Below, piece by piece: positions 12,474 through 24,190 of a stretch of 64,000 bases of DNA (positions within the stretch are counted from its first letter, which is position 1; the number at the start of each line of letters is the position of its first letter). Location of the stretch: assembly GCA_036785375.1 (NCBI GenBank), contig JAWMAR010000256.1, positions 1,674,001-1,738,000 on the forward strand, written 5' to 3'. The translations under genes and the position numbers were made by a program. Source of the stretch: Leucoraja ocellata. Taxonomy: Eukaryota. The notes below the pieces were generated by a model, which was given only the letters and a program-made list of their open reading frames with translations, did not search any database and was not told the DNA's origin.

Positions 12474-13789
12474 ACAAAAGGCTGGAACTAATTACTTGAA
12501 ATAGTGGTAGTAATCGCCATCCCATTTAAAGTTTTTTGATGAACATTTGAAGTGTTGTAACATATAAGGCTGTGGAGCAGAATTGGACAAGGGAATTAGT
12601 TCTTCAGCTGGCACAAAATGGTGGATTGTGGTCTGCTTTGTTACCACAGCTTTCTGTGTTTTATTCCCTGCTGCCTCATGATAACATTCGCACTCTTGGA
12701 ATTGTTTCCTGAAAGCACAAGAAAAAAAGGACAATTGGGATGACAGGGAGATGATAGCATTCACCGTGAAAATGATCTAAACTTACCAATGAGGGAAAAT
12801 TTTACACAACATTATGGCAGGGGATTTATTTGCTTTACTAAAAAGTGAAGAGAATATTAATTATATCTTGTCGCATCCTGCAGCTTGTCATTTTTAAACC
12901 ATGTTTGCTTCAACGCTATAAATCTCTTACCTGGGATCACAGAGCAGGCAGCTGATCTGTACAACTAAATGCTTTTGGTTATGCCCAGGTCAATCCAAAC
13001 ATAATGTAAAATTATGTTTCAAGTAAATATTCCAAGGGACAATGCCAGTATGAAAATGTTATGTTATTACTACACTGGCAAAAGTAAAGCAAAAAATGGA
13101 GTGATTGCTAGATTTATTCAAAATACAACAGATATTTGTACATTGATGACAAACAGAGTGCTTTCACCAAAGCTAAAATGATGTGTTAATCATCGTTTTT
13201 GTTTTTAGCTGGATAAAGGGTGCCATCATAACATACTCCTTGCAAATAGGAAATGGCAGATAGTATTTCACTCAGGGAAGACTTTGAAACCAATGAAATG
13301 AGAAGCCAAAAATGAATCATTCAAGTTATTTGCTAAATTTAAGATGGTCATATTAATACGACATATTGCACATAATTAGTTAGCTTTTGAAGTGCGGCAG
13401 ACTTTTTGATGTCCAGCTCAAGGAGATATTTCCTGCAGCCGGATGCATGCATTATGATGGGTTTAGTACAAATGAAAAGATTTTCTGTGTTAATTAGGCA
13501 TTGCAGCAAATTTGGCAGAAGGGATTTTGCACAGAGCAAACCACAATGACAAAGTGAGACGATAACCTGTTTTAGTTCCGTTGGTGAGGGATAGAATAAG
13601 AACATGAAATGCAATATTCCCTCATCCCGCAGAAGGTTAAAGACCCTAATTCTAATCTTTCCAAAGGAACCCAATATAAAATCCAAATGGATTTTATCAT
13701 GAATCCCTTTGTACATATTAGAATTTATCAGGAGGCACTCAAGATCATTCACAAATGCCCCATTTTGCACTATTATATCTATATTTTAA

Positions 13790-15180
13790 TTTTACTGCCA
13801 TTCAATCATGGCTGACCTATCATTCCCACTCAACCTCATTCTCCTGTCTTCTCCCCATAACGTTTGACCCCCTTACAAACACAAGCCTTTCAATTTCCGC
13901 CTTAAGAAACATTCAAAGATGTGCCCACAGCCGCCTGTGGCAATGAATTCCACAGATTCATCACCTGTCTAAAGAAATTCTTCCTCATCTCGTTTGTAAA
14001 GGTAATCCTTTTATTCTGAGGTTGTGCCCTCTGGTTCTATACTCTTCCACTAGTGGAAACTTCCTCTCCACTTCCATTCTATCCAGCCTTTCACTATTCA
14101 GTAGATTTCAATTCGGACCCTCATCATCCTTCTAATCTCCATCGGGTACAGGCCCAGAGAAATCAAATGTTCATCATAAGTTATCTAATCATGGAGGATT
14201 TGAATCTCCTCTGGACCCTCTCCAAAATCAGCACATCCTTCCTCCAATATGGTGCCCAACACTGCTCGCAAAACTCCAAATGTGGTCTCACCAGCACCAT
14301 ATAAAGCCTCAGCATTACATTGCTGCTTTCACATACTGGTCTCACGAAATGAATACTAACATTGCATTTGCCTTCCTTACTACCGATATAACTTGCAAAT
14401 GAACATTTTAGGAATACTGCACCTACTCCCAAGTCCCTTTGCACGTCCAATTTCAGAATCCTCTCCCCATTTAGGAAATAGTCTACGCCTTTATTCCTGC
14501 TAACACAGCGCATGATCACAGGCTTTGCTATATTTCATCTACCACTTCTTTCCCCATTTCCCAACCTGTCAAAGTCCTTCTGCAGCCTCCCTGCTTCCTC
14601 AACACTACCTGTCCCTCCATCTATCTTCCTATCATAGACAATAGACAATAGATAATAGGTGCAGGAGTAGGCCATTCGGCCCTTCGAGCCAGCACCATCA
14701 TTCAATGTGATCAATGCAGATCATCCACAATTAGTACCCCGTTCCTGCTTTCTCTCTATATCCCTTAACTCACTATCCCCAAGAGTTCCATCTAACTCTC
14801 TCTTGCAAGCATCCAGAGAACCGGCCTCCACTGCCCTCTGAGGCTGAGAATTCCACACACTCACAACTCTCTGTGTGAAAAAGTTTTGCCTCACCTCCGT
14901 TCTAAATGGCTTACCACTTATTATTCAACTATGGCCCCTGGTTCTGGACTCATCTGCAAACTTGGCCACAAAGCCATCAATTCAATCATCCAAATCATTA
15001 ACTTACAATGTGAAAAGTAGCAGATCCAACACAGACCAATGTGGAACACCTCTAGTCACCGGCAGCAACCAGAAAAAGCCCTGTTTATTCCCACTTTTTG
15101 CACTCTGCCATTCAGCCAATCTTCCATCCATTCTTTCTAATACCACGGGCTCTCATGTTGTTTAACAGCATTACGTGCGG
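13790..15180 (-). mobile_element. Older CR1 with a nested younger CR1 3' piece (about 14634-14950)
   Basis: Decayed ORF2 peptides ([31 protein letters not shown]); a second (TAGACAA)n tail occurs inside. Confidence 0.85.
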
Positions 15181-15183
15181 CAC

Positions 15184-16535
15184 GAGTTACGATGAGGGAT
15201 TATGTGAATAGCCCGCCAGCCCGCATGCACATCAATCTTCAAAGCAGCGGTGTGAAATCACAGATAACTGTTGTTGAACTGAATATAGGAAGATTCGAGA
15301 AACTAGAACCACCAGCTGACATTTATGAGAGAGGGTTGGGAGCAGAGGGCACGTAATCCCTCATCGTAACTCCTCATAGAATAAAGATCAAACTTTAAAA
15401 TGGTAAGTTCTCGTTTAATCTTACTATTATTACTGACTTGATGACCCGATGAAATAGGTTTTAAAGATTTATCTCAAGATTTTTTCCCCTAACTTCATGT
15501 TGAAATCAGAGAGACTACGTGAAGATTTCAAAGTTCTGTGATTTCATGCCGTGAACACGAGTCCATGCGTCACACACTGCATCAGTTGACCAAGGATGAG
15601 TGAACATTAATAATGCATTCAGACAAGACATAGATATAGACATACTGCTGCTTTTTAATGAACAAATAATAATAATAATAATAATAATAGTAACCCCTCT
15701 CATCTGGGAGAAAACTATGAAACAGAACCTAAAATAGAGTTGGCAAATACCCCCGGTCTGTCAATGGGTTTGTTATAAAAGTTTGGAATGATCATTCGTT
15801 TGACCAACCTGCAGCCGCTAGGATGTGGTCCAGCAGAACGTCCAAGCTGCTGATGTTATTGCAGACCTGGTGGAGTGAGATTTGAAAATGTCAGTGTTCA
15901 CTCCTGCACAAGCCAGAACCCATTTTAACCACCTGGAGATGGTCTGTACTGATACCTTCTTATGAGGTTTTATGTAACTAACAAACATTGCTAGTTCAGA
16001 GCCTCTAAGGCTCTTAGTGACCTAACATACTGTTGTAGATGTGTGACCACACACAACCGAAGGTCCATGGGATATGCCAACAAATCTAGTTTGAGACCTG
16101 ATGCCCCTCTGCTTGAGTAAGTCATAAACATAAAATGTTATTTTGCCTGCAGATGTAACCATCCTGTCCAGTCGCAGCTTATGCAATGACTGGACCCGTC
16201 ATGCTGTAACCAGCGCCATGAGCATAACCACTTTGTAAATGAGTTTGACCAAGGACAGGGATGTAGCTGGAGTCTACCGGTGATGTGGCGTTAGCACAAT
16301 GTTAACATCCCATATCTCTGCGTACCTGGACCTGGGAGGTTTTGAGTCGAAGATACCCTTCATAAATCTGGATATCAGAAGGTGAGATCCGACAGAGTGG
16401 GTCCCGCTCTCCGCAGCAAATATGATGAGGGCACGTTTGGCACAGTTAATGGCACTATAACTTAATTTTTGTCAAAGACCCATTCGAAAATGAACTTCAA
16501 GTCGTCAGTCATCCATGCCGTATTATATGTAACCA
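15184..16535 (-). mobile_element. DIRS-like tyrosine-recombinase retrotransposon, 3' part
   Basis: Decayed YR frame plus a 23-bp inverted repeat (15184-15206 and 15350-15372), as expected for the terminal-repeat/ICR region. Confidence 0.85.
15760..16480 (-). pseudogene. DIRS tyrosine recombinase (frameshifted)
   Basis: Manual translation gives KLSYSAINCAKRAL, GSHLLISRFMKGIFDSKPPRSRYAEIWDVNIVL, VVMLMALVTA*RVQSLHKL, HKKVSVQTISRWLK, FKSHSTRSA, AAAGWSN, FYNKP. The catalytic HxxR, W and Y motifs are present. Confidence 0.85.
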
Positions 16536-16544
16536 GTCCTAACC

Positions 16545-16640
16545 AGTCTGAAGAAGGGTCTCGGCCCGAATTGTCACCCATTTCTTCTCTCCAGAAATGC
16601 TGCCTATCCCGCTGAGTTACTCCAGCTTTTAGTGTCTACA
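16545..16640 (+). mobile_element. Penelope pLTR-derived fragment with a degenerate hammerhead-type core
   Basis: CTGAAGAAGGGTCTCGGCCCGAATTGTC followed by the ...GCTGAGTTACTCCAGC block. Confidence 0.75.
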
Positions 16641-18309
16641 CACATTGAACAATTATGCACAGTAGGGTTGCCAAGTACAGAATAATCTTTGATGTCATGT
16701 TTGTACTTCAAAAGGCCTCTGATGTGGCCAATAATTTGGTAATTTTCCATTGCTGCCAGCAGGAAATGGTATTCAATCAAAAGAAAGAGATGAAGGTGAC
16801 TGAATTGTTCCATTACTAACACAGATGACAAAAATAATTGGTTGTTCTTTAGCAATTCTGTACAATTGTACGCGACTGATGATTTAAAAAAAAAAAAACT
16901 GGCATGCCTATAAGCCTCTGAAATTTAGAATAATAAAGAATAATTTTCAAGATACCAGGCAATGAACAGCAAGTACATAATTCGAACACAATAGCTACAA
17001 ACATTTAAACAAACTGTTGCTCGTAGAGTACATGCTCTTAAAATGTGATTGGCCTTTCGATGATAATGCACTGTAGTTAGTCATCTTTATCCAGTCCTGA
17101 TCAAAGATCCTATAACAGAGCAAGATAGGCCACTCCTATGAAATGCAATGGGCTGACATGTAGTACACAACGGAGTGGAACGTGGGCATTTTCTTTTGTT
17201 CATTTCAGTAACCGGAGCCTACCCAACCCGACCCGACTCGCAGTGTAATCAACGTTGCGAGGGAATGGTTTGTGAGTGTGATATATGGTTAGATTCATAA
17301 TTCTGTTAGTTCATCATTCTGTTAATTCTTGTTAAAGAATAAAATGTTTATACATTTTGACTCTGGTAATTTTCTTTTTTAATGTTTTTTTTAATAATTT
17401 CTTTTTAAATGGCTCATATGCTGTGTTTGAGTTGATTTTAAATTACACTTGCACTTCACAACTGCAGTATTTGGGAAAATAATAGCAATATGAAAATTCC
17501 AGTTGCTCTAGCCCTGGAATGTTACTTAATGTTTTTGTGTCTATGGAGTTATTTCTCAACAATAAAATGGGTCTGTTCTTCCCAATAGCCAGAGAGTGGA
17601 ATGAGATCTGTCTGTAATTTGTTTTGAGCAAGATTTACAAATGATGTATAACTTAAGGATGGTTTTATTCAGCGAGCATACAACTGATTAGATTTTGCTC
17701 GAAAGAACACACATACATAAATGTGATATAGATGTACAGTATATAATAATATAACACACACATTTACATTTCTTCCAACTTTTATATCCAATGATGAACT
17801 TTATTTCAAACTAGACAAGGGACAACATTAAATTAAAAAAACATTGTAAACCTCCCCGCAACTTCAGTTTGGTGTCTCGGCTGTGCTGATCTGGGCCAGA
17901 CTCCCCGCACGCTGTGGAAGGAACATCTATCGCTTTTATTGTGATTTATTTCTCTTTTTAACACTGAATATCTGATAACGACACATTAGCAGCATATGGA
18001 ACCAATATTGCACCAACCCACTCAATTTTAAATAATTCATAATAGAAATCCATTAAGATGGTTAACACTTTATTTCTGACAAGCATAATAAGATTTACAT
18101 AATTCACATTATTCTGTGCGCAAGATATACAGGGTTGCAGTGTTCAGCATATCAGCTAACCAGTGAAAGTGTTGTACAATTCAACATATGTAACATAATG
18201 GTAGCCCCACCCTTCTTACACCAAAGAGCAAAACGTCCAACGTAGATACAATAATAAATAAATCGCCATTTGCATTGTTTTGAGCTGCTAACAAATCACA
18301 ATTTCACAC

Positions 18310-18398
18310 AATGAACATAAGACGGCAGTCATTTGACAAATACTGCAGTTCGGTGTAGGAGATCATGTCGGCGAGTATTCTGGACCCATTGTCGACAT
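18310..18398 (-). pseudogene. THAP zinc-finger exon 2 (decayed)
   Basis: TTTCAG|A acceptor, then (R)CRQWVQNTRRHDLLHRTA/YLSNDCRL/CSL. The phase matches exon 1 (AG+A = Arg). Confidence 0.78.
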
Positions 18399-18401
18399 CT
18401 G

Positions 18402-19760
18402 AAATAACAGAGAGGTAGAAAGTAAATGCTCTTGAGAATAGTTTTACAAGGATGTTGCCATGAGGCAGCTAGTACTCCTGCACCTATTCCAGCACTATCT
18501 AAATGACATTAAGTTGGGAAAAGGGGAAGTACAACAGGATCTGGGGTTCCTTGTACAACAGTCTATGAAAGTAAGCATGCAGGTACAGCAGGCAGTGAAG
18601 AAAGCGAATGGCATTTTGGCCTTTTTAACAAGAGGAATTGAATATTGGCTCAAAAGGTCCTTCTGCAGTTGTACATAGCCCTAGTGAGACCACACCTGGA
18701 GTATTGTGTGCAATTTTGATCCCCTGATATGAGGAAGGACATTCTTGCTATTGAGGGAGTGCAGCGTAGGTTTACAATGTTAATTCCCAGGATGGCGGGA
18801 CGGTCATATGCTGAGAGAATGGAGCAGCTGGGCTTGTACACTCTGGAGTTTAGAAGGATGAGAGGGAATCTTATTGAAACATATAAGATTGTTAAGAGCT
18901 TGGACACACTAGAGGCAGGAAACATGTTCTGATGTCGGGGGAACCAGGGGCCACAGTTTAAGAATAAGGAGTAAGCCATTTAGAATGAAGATGAGGAAAC
19001 ACTTTTTCTCACAGAGAGTGGTGAGTCTGTGGAATTGGAGGCAGGTTTTCTGGATGTTTTCAAGAGAGAGCTAGATAGGGATCTTAAAAGTAGGGGGATA
19101 TGGGGAGAAGGCAGGGGATATGGGGAGAAGGCAGGAACGGGGTACTGATTGTGGATGATCAGCCATGATCACATTGAATGGCGGTGATGGCTCGTAGGGC
19201 CAAATGGCCTGCTCCTGCACCTATTGTCTATTGTCTATTGAGGCTTCGACTGTATCTGAGACAAAGGGGAGCACCCAGCTCTAAGATCTGAACTATAGTA
19301 TATAGTGATCTGTATATATCACTATAGTATATAGTGGGCTGTATATCTGTCTATAGTATATAGTGGTCTAAGATCTGAACTATAGTGAGAGTTCGGGCAG
19401 ACTTAATAACATTCTCAGTATTAAACAGAGTCAATATGTTCTTATTCTGCATTAAATAACAGAGAGGTAGAAAGAAAATGCTCTTGAGGAGAAGATTTTT
19501 ACAAGGATGTTGTCATGAGGCCTCGACTGTATCTGAGACAAAGGGGAGTACCCAGCTCTAAGATCTGAATTATAGTGAAAGTTCGGGCAGACTTAATAAA
19601 ATTCTGTACAAAACAGAGTCAATATGTTCTTATTCTGCATTAAATAACAGGGAGGTAGAAAGAAAATGCTCTTGAGGAGAACATTTTTACAAGGGTGTTG
19701 CCATGAGGACTCGACCATCTGAGCTCAATGATCTAACTACAGTGAGAGATTGAACAGATT
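18402..19760. repeat. 188-bp tandem repeat (about 3 copies) in the transposon intron, with an internal ~29-bp CTATAGTATATAGTG expansion
   Basis: AAATAACAG(A/G)GAGGTAGAAAG starts at 18402, 19454 and 19642; the first copy is split by a CR1. Confidence 0.85.
18467..19238 (+). mobile_element. 5'-truncated CR1 inserted in the THAP intron
   Basis: ORF2 peptides (VQQAVKKANGILAF, RKDILAIEGVQRRF), (CTATTGT)n tail and TSD TGAGGC (18461-18466, 19239-19244). Confidence 0.92.
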
Positions 19761-19806
19761 AAATACAATTTTTAATATGCCACAGAAGTAATAAATGTTT
19801 TCTTAC

Positions 19807-19914
19807 CTTTCCTCCTTAATGGGGAACCTGAAGAAAGATGTTGCGTCCCCTACATTGCCGATTGGAGCAATTTACCACAGAGCAGAATGCAACACTAGTA
19901 GACGTGGACGCCAT
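19807..19914 (-). pseudogene. THAP zinc-finger exon 1 of a transposase (one frameshift)
   Basis: MASTSTSVAFCSVVNCSNRQCRG/ATSFFRFPIKEE(R) ends at an AG|GTAAGA donor; CxxxxC and FFRFP are THAP signatures. Confidence 0.8.
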
Positions 19915-20652
19915 GGCTAAAGTGAAGATTCTTTGGATTTGAGAGCGGAGGCGGAAGCAAAGATCCTATCTTTGGGTGGAAGCAAGATGGCGGAAGCAAG
20001 ATGGCAGAAGCTGATTACGAAAATGGGTCCTATAATTACCCATGAGTCTGCCCATGACCGTACCACGTGTTTTGCGTAGGAGTTGTCCATCTTGCTCCGC
20101 TAAAGGATCTTTGGCCCTGATTGAATGTCAGTTCACCATGTGCTTGTCCCCAAAATGTCCAGTAGATGGCTCTGTAAACCAATTAATATTATGAAGAACA
20201 TTTGGGAAGCTGTAAATCATATTGAACAGATTTCTTAAATTATGAAAAATGGTAAAACAAAAACAGTGAACATTTTGAAATCAAGGGGGTACACTTAAAG
20301 CCTTATTAGGAGAGTTGAAAACAATGAAGGGGGAGTTGAAATTGAGGAAGAGATGTTCTGTATGTCCAGTGGACCAACATATCCACCATATATACTGCTA
20401 CAAGGCAGCTGCAGCAGAGGATGCCAATGACAGGAGACAAATCCTGAGACACTTGCAATATTATTATACTGCAATATTGCAATACACTTGCAAGACTATT
20501 AGAAGTTCAAGGACTTCAAATTAATGCATCTTCAAATGTCGAATCCCACCTAATCAGCCATAAATTACTGGTAAACACATCCCCATTCCTTGATGAACCA
20601 AGAATCTTTATCAATACCATCTGATCTAAAATTATCATGCATCACAGCTTCT

Positions 20653-20953
20653 CGGTTTGCACTGTAGTGCAGCAGTGGTATTCCTGCTTCACAGTGCAAG
20701 AGACGCAGGTTCCATCCTGACTATGGGTATTGTCTGCATGGAGTTTGTCCATTCTTCCTGTGACAGCGTGGGTTTTCTACAAGTGCTCCGGTTTCCTCCC
20801 ACACTCCAAAGATGTGCGGGTTTGTAAGTTAATTTGCTCTGTAAATTGTCTCTAGAGTGTAGGATAGAACTAGTGCACAGGGTGATTGTTGAGCAGCGTG
20901 GACTTGTTGGGCCGAGGGGCTGTTTCCACACTGTATCTTGAAACTAAACTAAA
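20653..20953 (+). mobile_element. HE1-like V-SINE
   Basis: V-domain CTCCGGTTTCCTCCCACACTCCAAAGATGTGC and (CTAAA)n tail. Confidence 0.88.
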
Positions 20954-21064
20954 ACACAATCAGATAATATGACAGAATGTAGTTGGCCATTTTTATCCAG
21001 TCCCGATTGAATGCCAGTTCATCATGTTCAGCAAATAAATACTGCTATTGCTGGAAACTAGAAA

Positions 21065-21369
21065 TAAAGTGACACTGCTGGTAGAGCTGCTGAGTCACAG
21101 CACCAGAGACCCTGGCTCGATCCTGACCTCGGGTGCCATATGTGTGAAGTTTGCACATTGTCCCCTTGACTGCATGACTTGCCTCCGGGTGCTCCAGTTT
21201 TTTCCCACTTCCAAAAGACACAAGGATTTCTAGATTAATTGCCTTCTGTAGAGTATTAAGAGTGCTTGAGAGAGCAGGATAACATTGAACTAGTGTGAAC
21301 AAGCAAACTCGGTGGGCCGAAAGGCTTGTTTCCATGCTATATCTTTAAACAAAAGACAACTAAACTAAA
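21065..21369 (+). mobile_element. HE1-like V-SINE
   Basis: Head GGTAGAGCTGCTG...GGCTCGATCCTGACC, degraded V-domain and tail GGGCCGAAAGGCTTGTTTCC. Confidence 0.82.
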
Positions 21370-21968
21370 AAGAAATGCTAGAACCATTCAGTCGGTCAGA
21401 CAGCATCCATGGAAAGAGAAACAATGTTTTAGGTTGATAAAATATTGGTGCTGAAAAAGAAAAAAATCAAACATATTTAAATGATTCCTGCATTTTTCCT
21501 TTTTATGTAATTTCAATTTTAAAGCATATATTCCCTGTACTGAAATAATTTATACAGACATAAATTGCTTTATCCAGTCATAAAATGTAGCATAAAATTT
21601 CAATTGTTCTGATCACAAAGACAACATTACTCATACAGAAGTGCACTATTAGAAATCTCTCAACACTTAAGTGAAGATTGTCTCGCCTTCCTCCCTCATG
21701 AACCAACATGAACATTTCCAAAACTAGCTGCATTGAAGAGTTCATGCACACATTTTCTATCTTCAATAGCACTCGAGTGTGGGCATAATGCAACCAGAAT
21801 TGAATTATCAATAGATACAGACCACATGTTCTTGAAGTCTGCTTGATGTAAAGAATTGAGTCTCAAAGTTATTTGATAATTTAATTTATCATTTATTGCT
21901 TGACTAACCAGCATTAAAAATAAGAAACATTTTTATAGGCCTTGTTGGACACAAATGTTGTAATCTAA

Positions 21969-22700
21969 CTGGACTAAGTGGACACACGGGAGGCCTGATC
22001 CAGTCACATGAGAGGCCTGGTCCCCCAACACAACACGTTCCTCCAAAGCAATATTTCACCACTCACCCATAGCCTCCAACTGCGCAGGCACGGCTTATTT
22101 CCCCTCATCCCCAGCACTCTCTCCCCCTCCTCTTCACCCTCCCTCTCCTTTCCCATACCATCAGTCACTCCCTCCCTCCCTCCCTCCCTCCCTCCCTTCA
22201 TAGCTCCTCTCCCCTCCTTACCACCCTCCTATCCCTCTATCCCCCATTCTCCCTCCTCACCTCCCCCACTTTCCCCTCCCTCTCCCTCCCTACCCGTTCC
22301 TCTCCCTCAATTCCCCCACGCTCCCTCCTCACCTCCTCAGGATTGCGAGATTGCCACTCCTCTGACCGGAGGTTGCCTTGACTGGAGGCCGTGCCGACCA
22401 GAAGCCGCACCGACCAGAAGTTGCGCCGGGCAAAGGTGGGCACAGATGGTGACTCACAGTGGATGCGGCCAATCAGTGCGATGGTGCAGGAAGGGGCGTC
22501 GCCGTTCTTTTGTCAAAGAACTATTAGAATTTTCTCCTGTGAGGAGATCTGTCAAAGGAGAATTACACATGTTGTTATATGCAGCACTTAAAAACGTTGG
22601 CACAACAGCTGGGGAAAATACCAAAATATATACAACCAGCTTTTTGGAATTACAATGCAGTATTGTTAGAAAAATAGGTTCTGGCCAATGAACTTCGACA
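21969..22700 (-). mobile_element. Helitron-like non-autonomous element (homologue of the unit at 32857-33992)
   Basis: The minus strand ends ...CCACTTAGTCCAG. Bases 22020-22340 are the reverse complement of the 33400-33965 blocks, including the purine tract. Confidence 0.6.
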
Positions 22701-22709
22701 ATCTTTTTT

Positions 22710-22912
22710 GGTTTAGTTTAGTTTAGAAATATAGCAAGGAAACAAGCTCTTTGGCCCACCAAGTCCATGCCAACAGGTGATCCCCGTAACACTAGCACTA
22801 TCCAGCACACGATGGACAACGTACGATCTTTACTGAACCTAATTTACTGAACCCTACAAATCTGTACATCTTTGGAGCACGGAGTCATGGAGAGAATGTG
22901 CAAACTCTAATT
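22710..22912 (-). mobile_element. HE1-like SINE, 5'-truncated
   Basis: (TTTAG)n tail, GGAAACAAGCTCTTTGGCCCAC and a V-domain remnant. Confidence 0.75.
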
Positions 22913-22926
22913 AGACAGCCCTTAGT

Positions 22927-23052
22927 GAGGAGAGAGAGAGAGAGAGATAGGGATGGAGGGAGGGTGGGTGGGAAGGAAGAAAGGAGGGTGGGAGGGAAGA
23001 AGGGAGGGTGGGAGGGAAGGAGGGAGGGAGGGAGGGAGGGAGGGAGGGAGGG
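22927..23052. repeat. (GA)n and (GGGA)n polypurine microsatellite
   Basis: Direct reading of the sequence. Confidence 0.95.
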
Positions 23053-23054
23053 AT

Positions 23055-23570
23055 ACATATATTTGGATGAAAATGTACAAGGCATGATGAGTAAGTTTGC
23101 AGATGACACTAAGCAGGTGATATCGGAAACAGTGAAGATGATAATCTTGAATGCAGCAGATTCTTGAGCAGCTGGACAAGTGGGTTGAGGAAAGGCTAAT
23201 GGAGACATTATAGAGGTGTGTAAAATTATGAGGGAAATTGCTGGGATAAGTGCAGTGAATATTTTACATGGTGTAGAGAATCAAGAACCAGAAGACATAG
23301 GTTTATGGTGATAGGGGAAAGATTTAATCGAATCTGAAGGTCATTTCTTTCCACTCAGATGGTGGTGGATGTATGTAATGAGCTGCCAGAGATACCTATA
23401 AATGAGACAGATACTATAACAGACACTTAAAAGACCCTTGGACAGGTTCAAGTTTAGTAAAGGTTGGGAGGGAAATGGACCAAATGTGGAAAAGTGGGAC
23501 CAGCTTAGATGGGCATCTTGGTCAGCATGAGCAAGTTGGGCCAAAGGGCCCGTTTATATGCTGTATGAGG
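23055..23570 (+). mobile_element. Degraded, internally deleted CR1
   Basis: LDENVQGMMSKFADDTK peptide and a CR1-type 3' end. Confidence 0.8.
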
Positions 23571-24008
23571 CTAAGATAGTACATTTTGAAAGTCTTCTTG
23601 GATATGTTATTCCAATGACCATTACTTAATTAAATACGTTTTCCACATAATATTGTTCATTGTATGTTTTCAATCACTAGTGATGTATGTATTAGATAAT
23701 TAGTCTATTGTACTGTAGGTTTACTTTGGCTAACTTTCAGATGTGCTCTTGCTTCACAAAGCCTACTTTACTTATAATTATTTGGAGCAGATTAATTTTA
23801 GCCTGGAAATTTTAACTTGGGTTGCAATTTTTAACGTGCATGTGGTTTTGACTATCATATTTAATGGATGAGAATTTGTTTAGTATTTCTCTAAAACCTT
23901 CAAACCAGCACCAAGAATTAGTGGCTAGCTATTACAGAGCAAGCTGAATTCCCAAGCAGAATTTGGCTGGCTAGGAGTCTTTAAGCCTCGTATGTTTTAA
24001 TTTGCTGC

Positions 24009-24190
24009 ATAGAAACATAGAAACATAGAAATTAGGTGCAGGAGTAGGCCATTCAGCCCTTCGAGCCTGCACCGCCATTCAATATGATCATGGCTGATCA
24101 TCCAACTCAGTATCCCGTACCTGCCTTCTCTCCATACCCCCTGATCCCCTTAGCCACAAGGGCCACATCTAACTCCCTCTTAAATATAGC
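24009..24190 (-). mobile_element. Young CR1 3' fragment
   Basis: Nearly identical to 1459-1640. Confidence 0.93.

Larger units (their letters stand above)
17102..20113 (-). mobile_element. TIR DNA transposon with spliced THAP-domain gene remnant (P-element-like; hAT/THAP12-type not excluded)
   Basis: 37-bp TIRs starting CAAAGATCCT (31/37 identical); 8-bp TSD GTCCTGAT/GCCCTGAT (17094-17101, 20114-20121); two THAP exons inside. Confidence 0.8.

Noticed and set aside
18310-19914. Host THAP gene (THAP12/THAP9 orthologue)
   Set aside because: Frameshifted, lacks downstream exons, and is enclosed by TIRs and a TSD.
22008-22691. 227-aa Pro/Ser-rich ORF, and similar ORFs at 31834-32529 and 33362-33875
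   Set aside because: Translations of low-complexity C/T or G/A tracts that lack stop codons.
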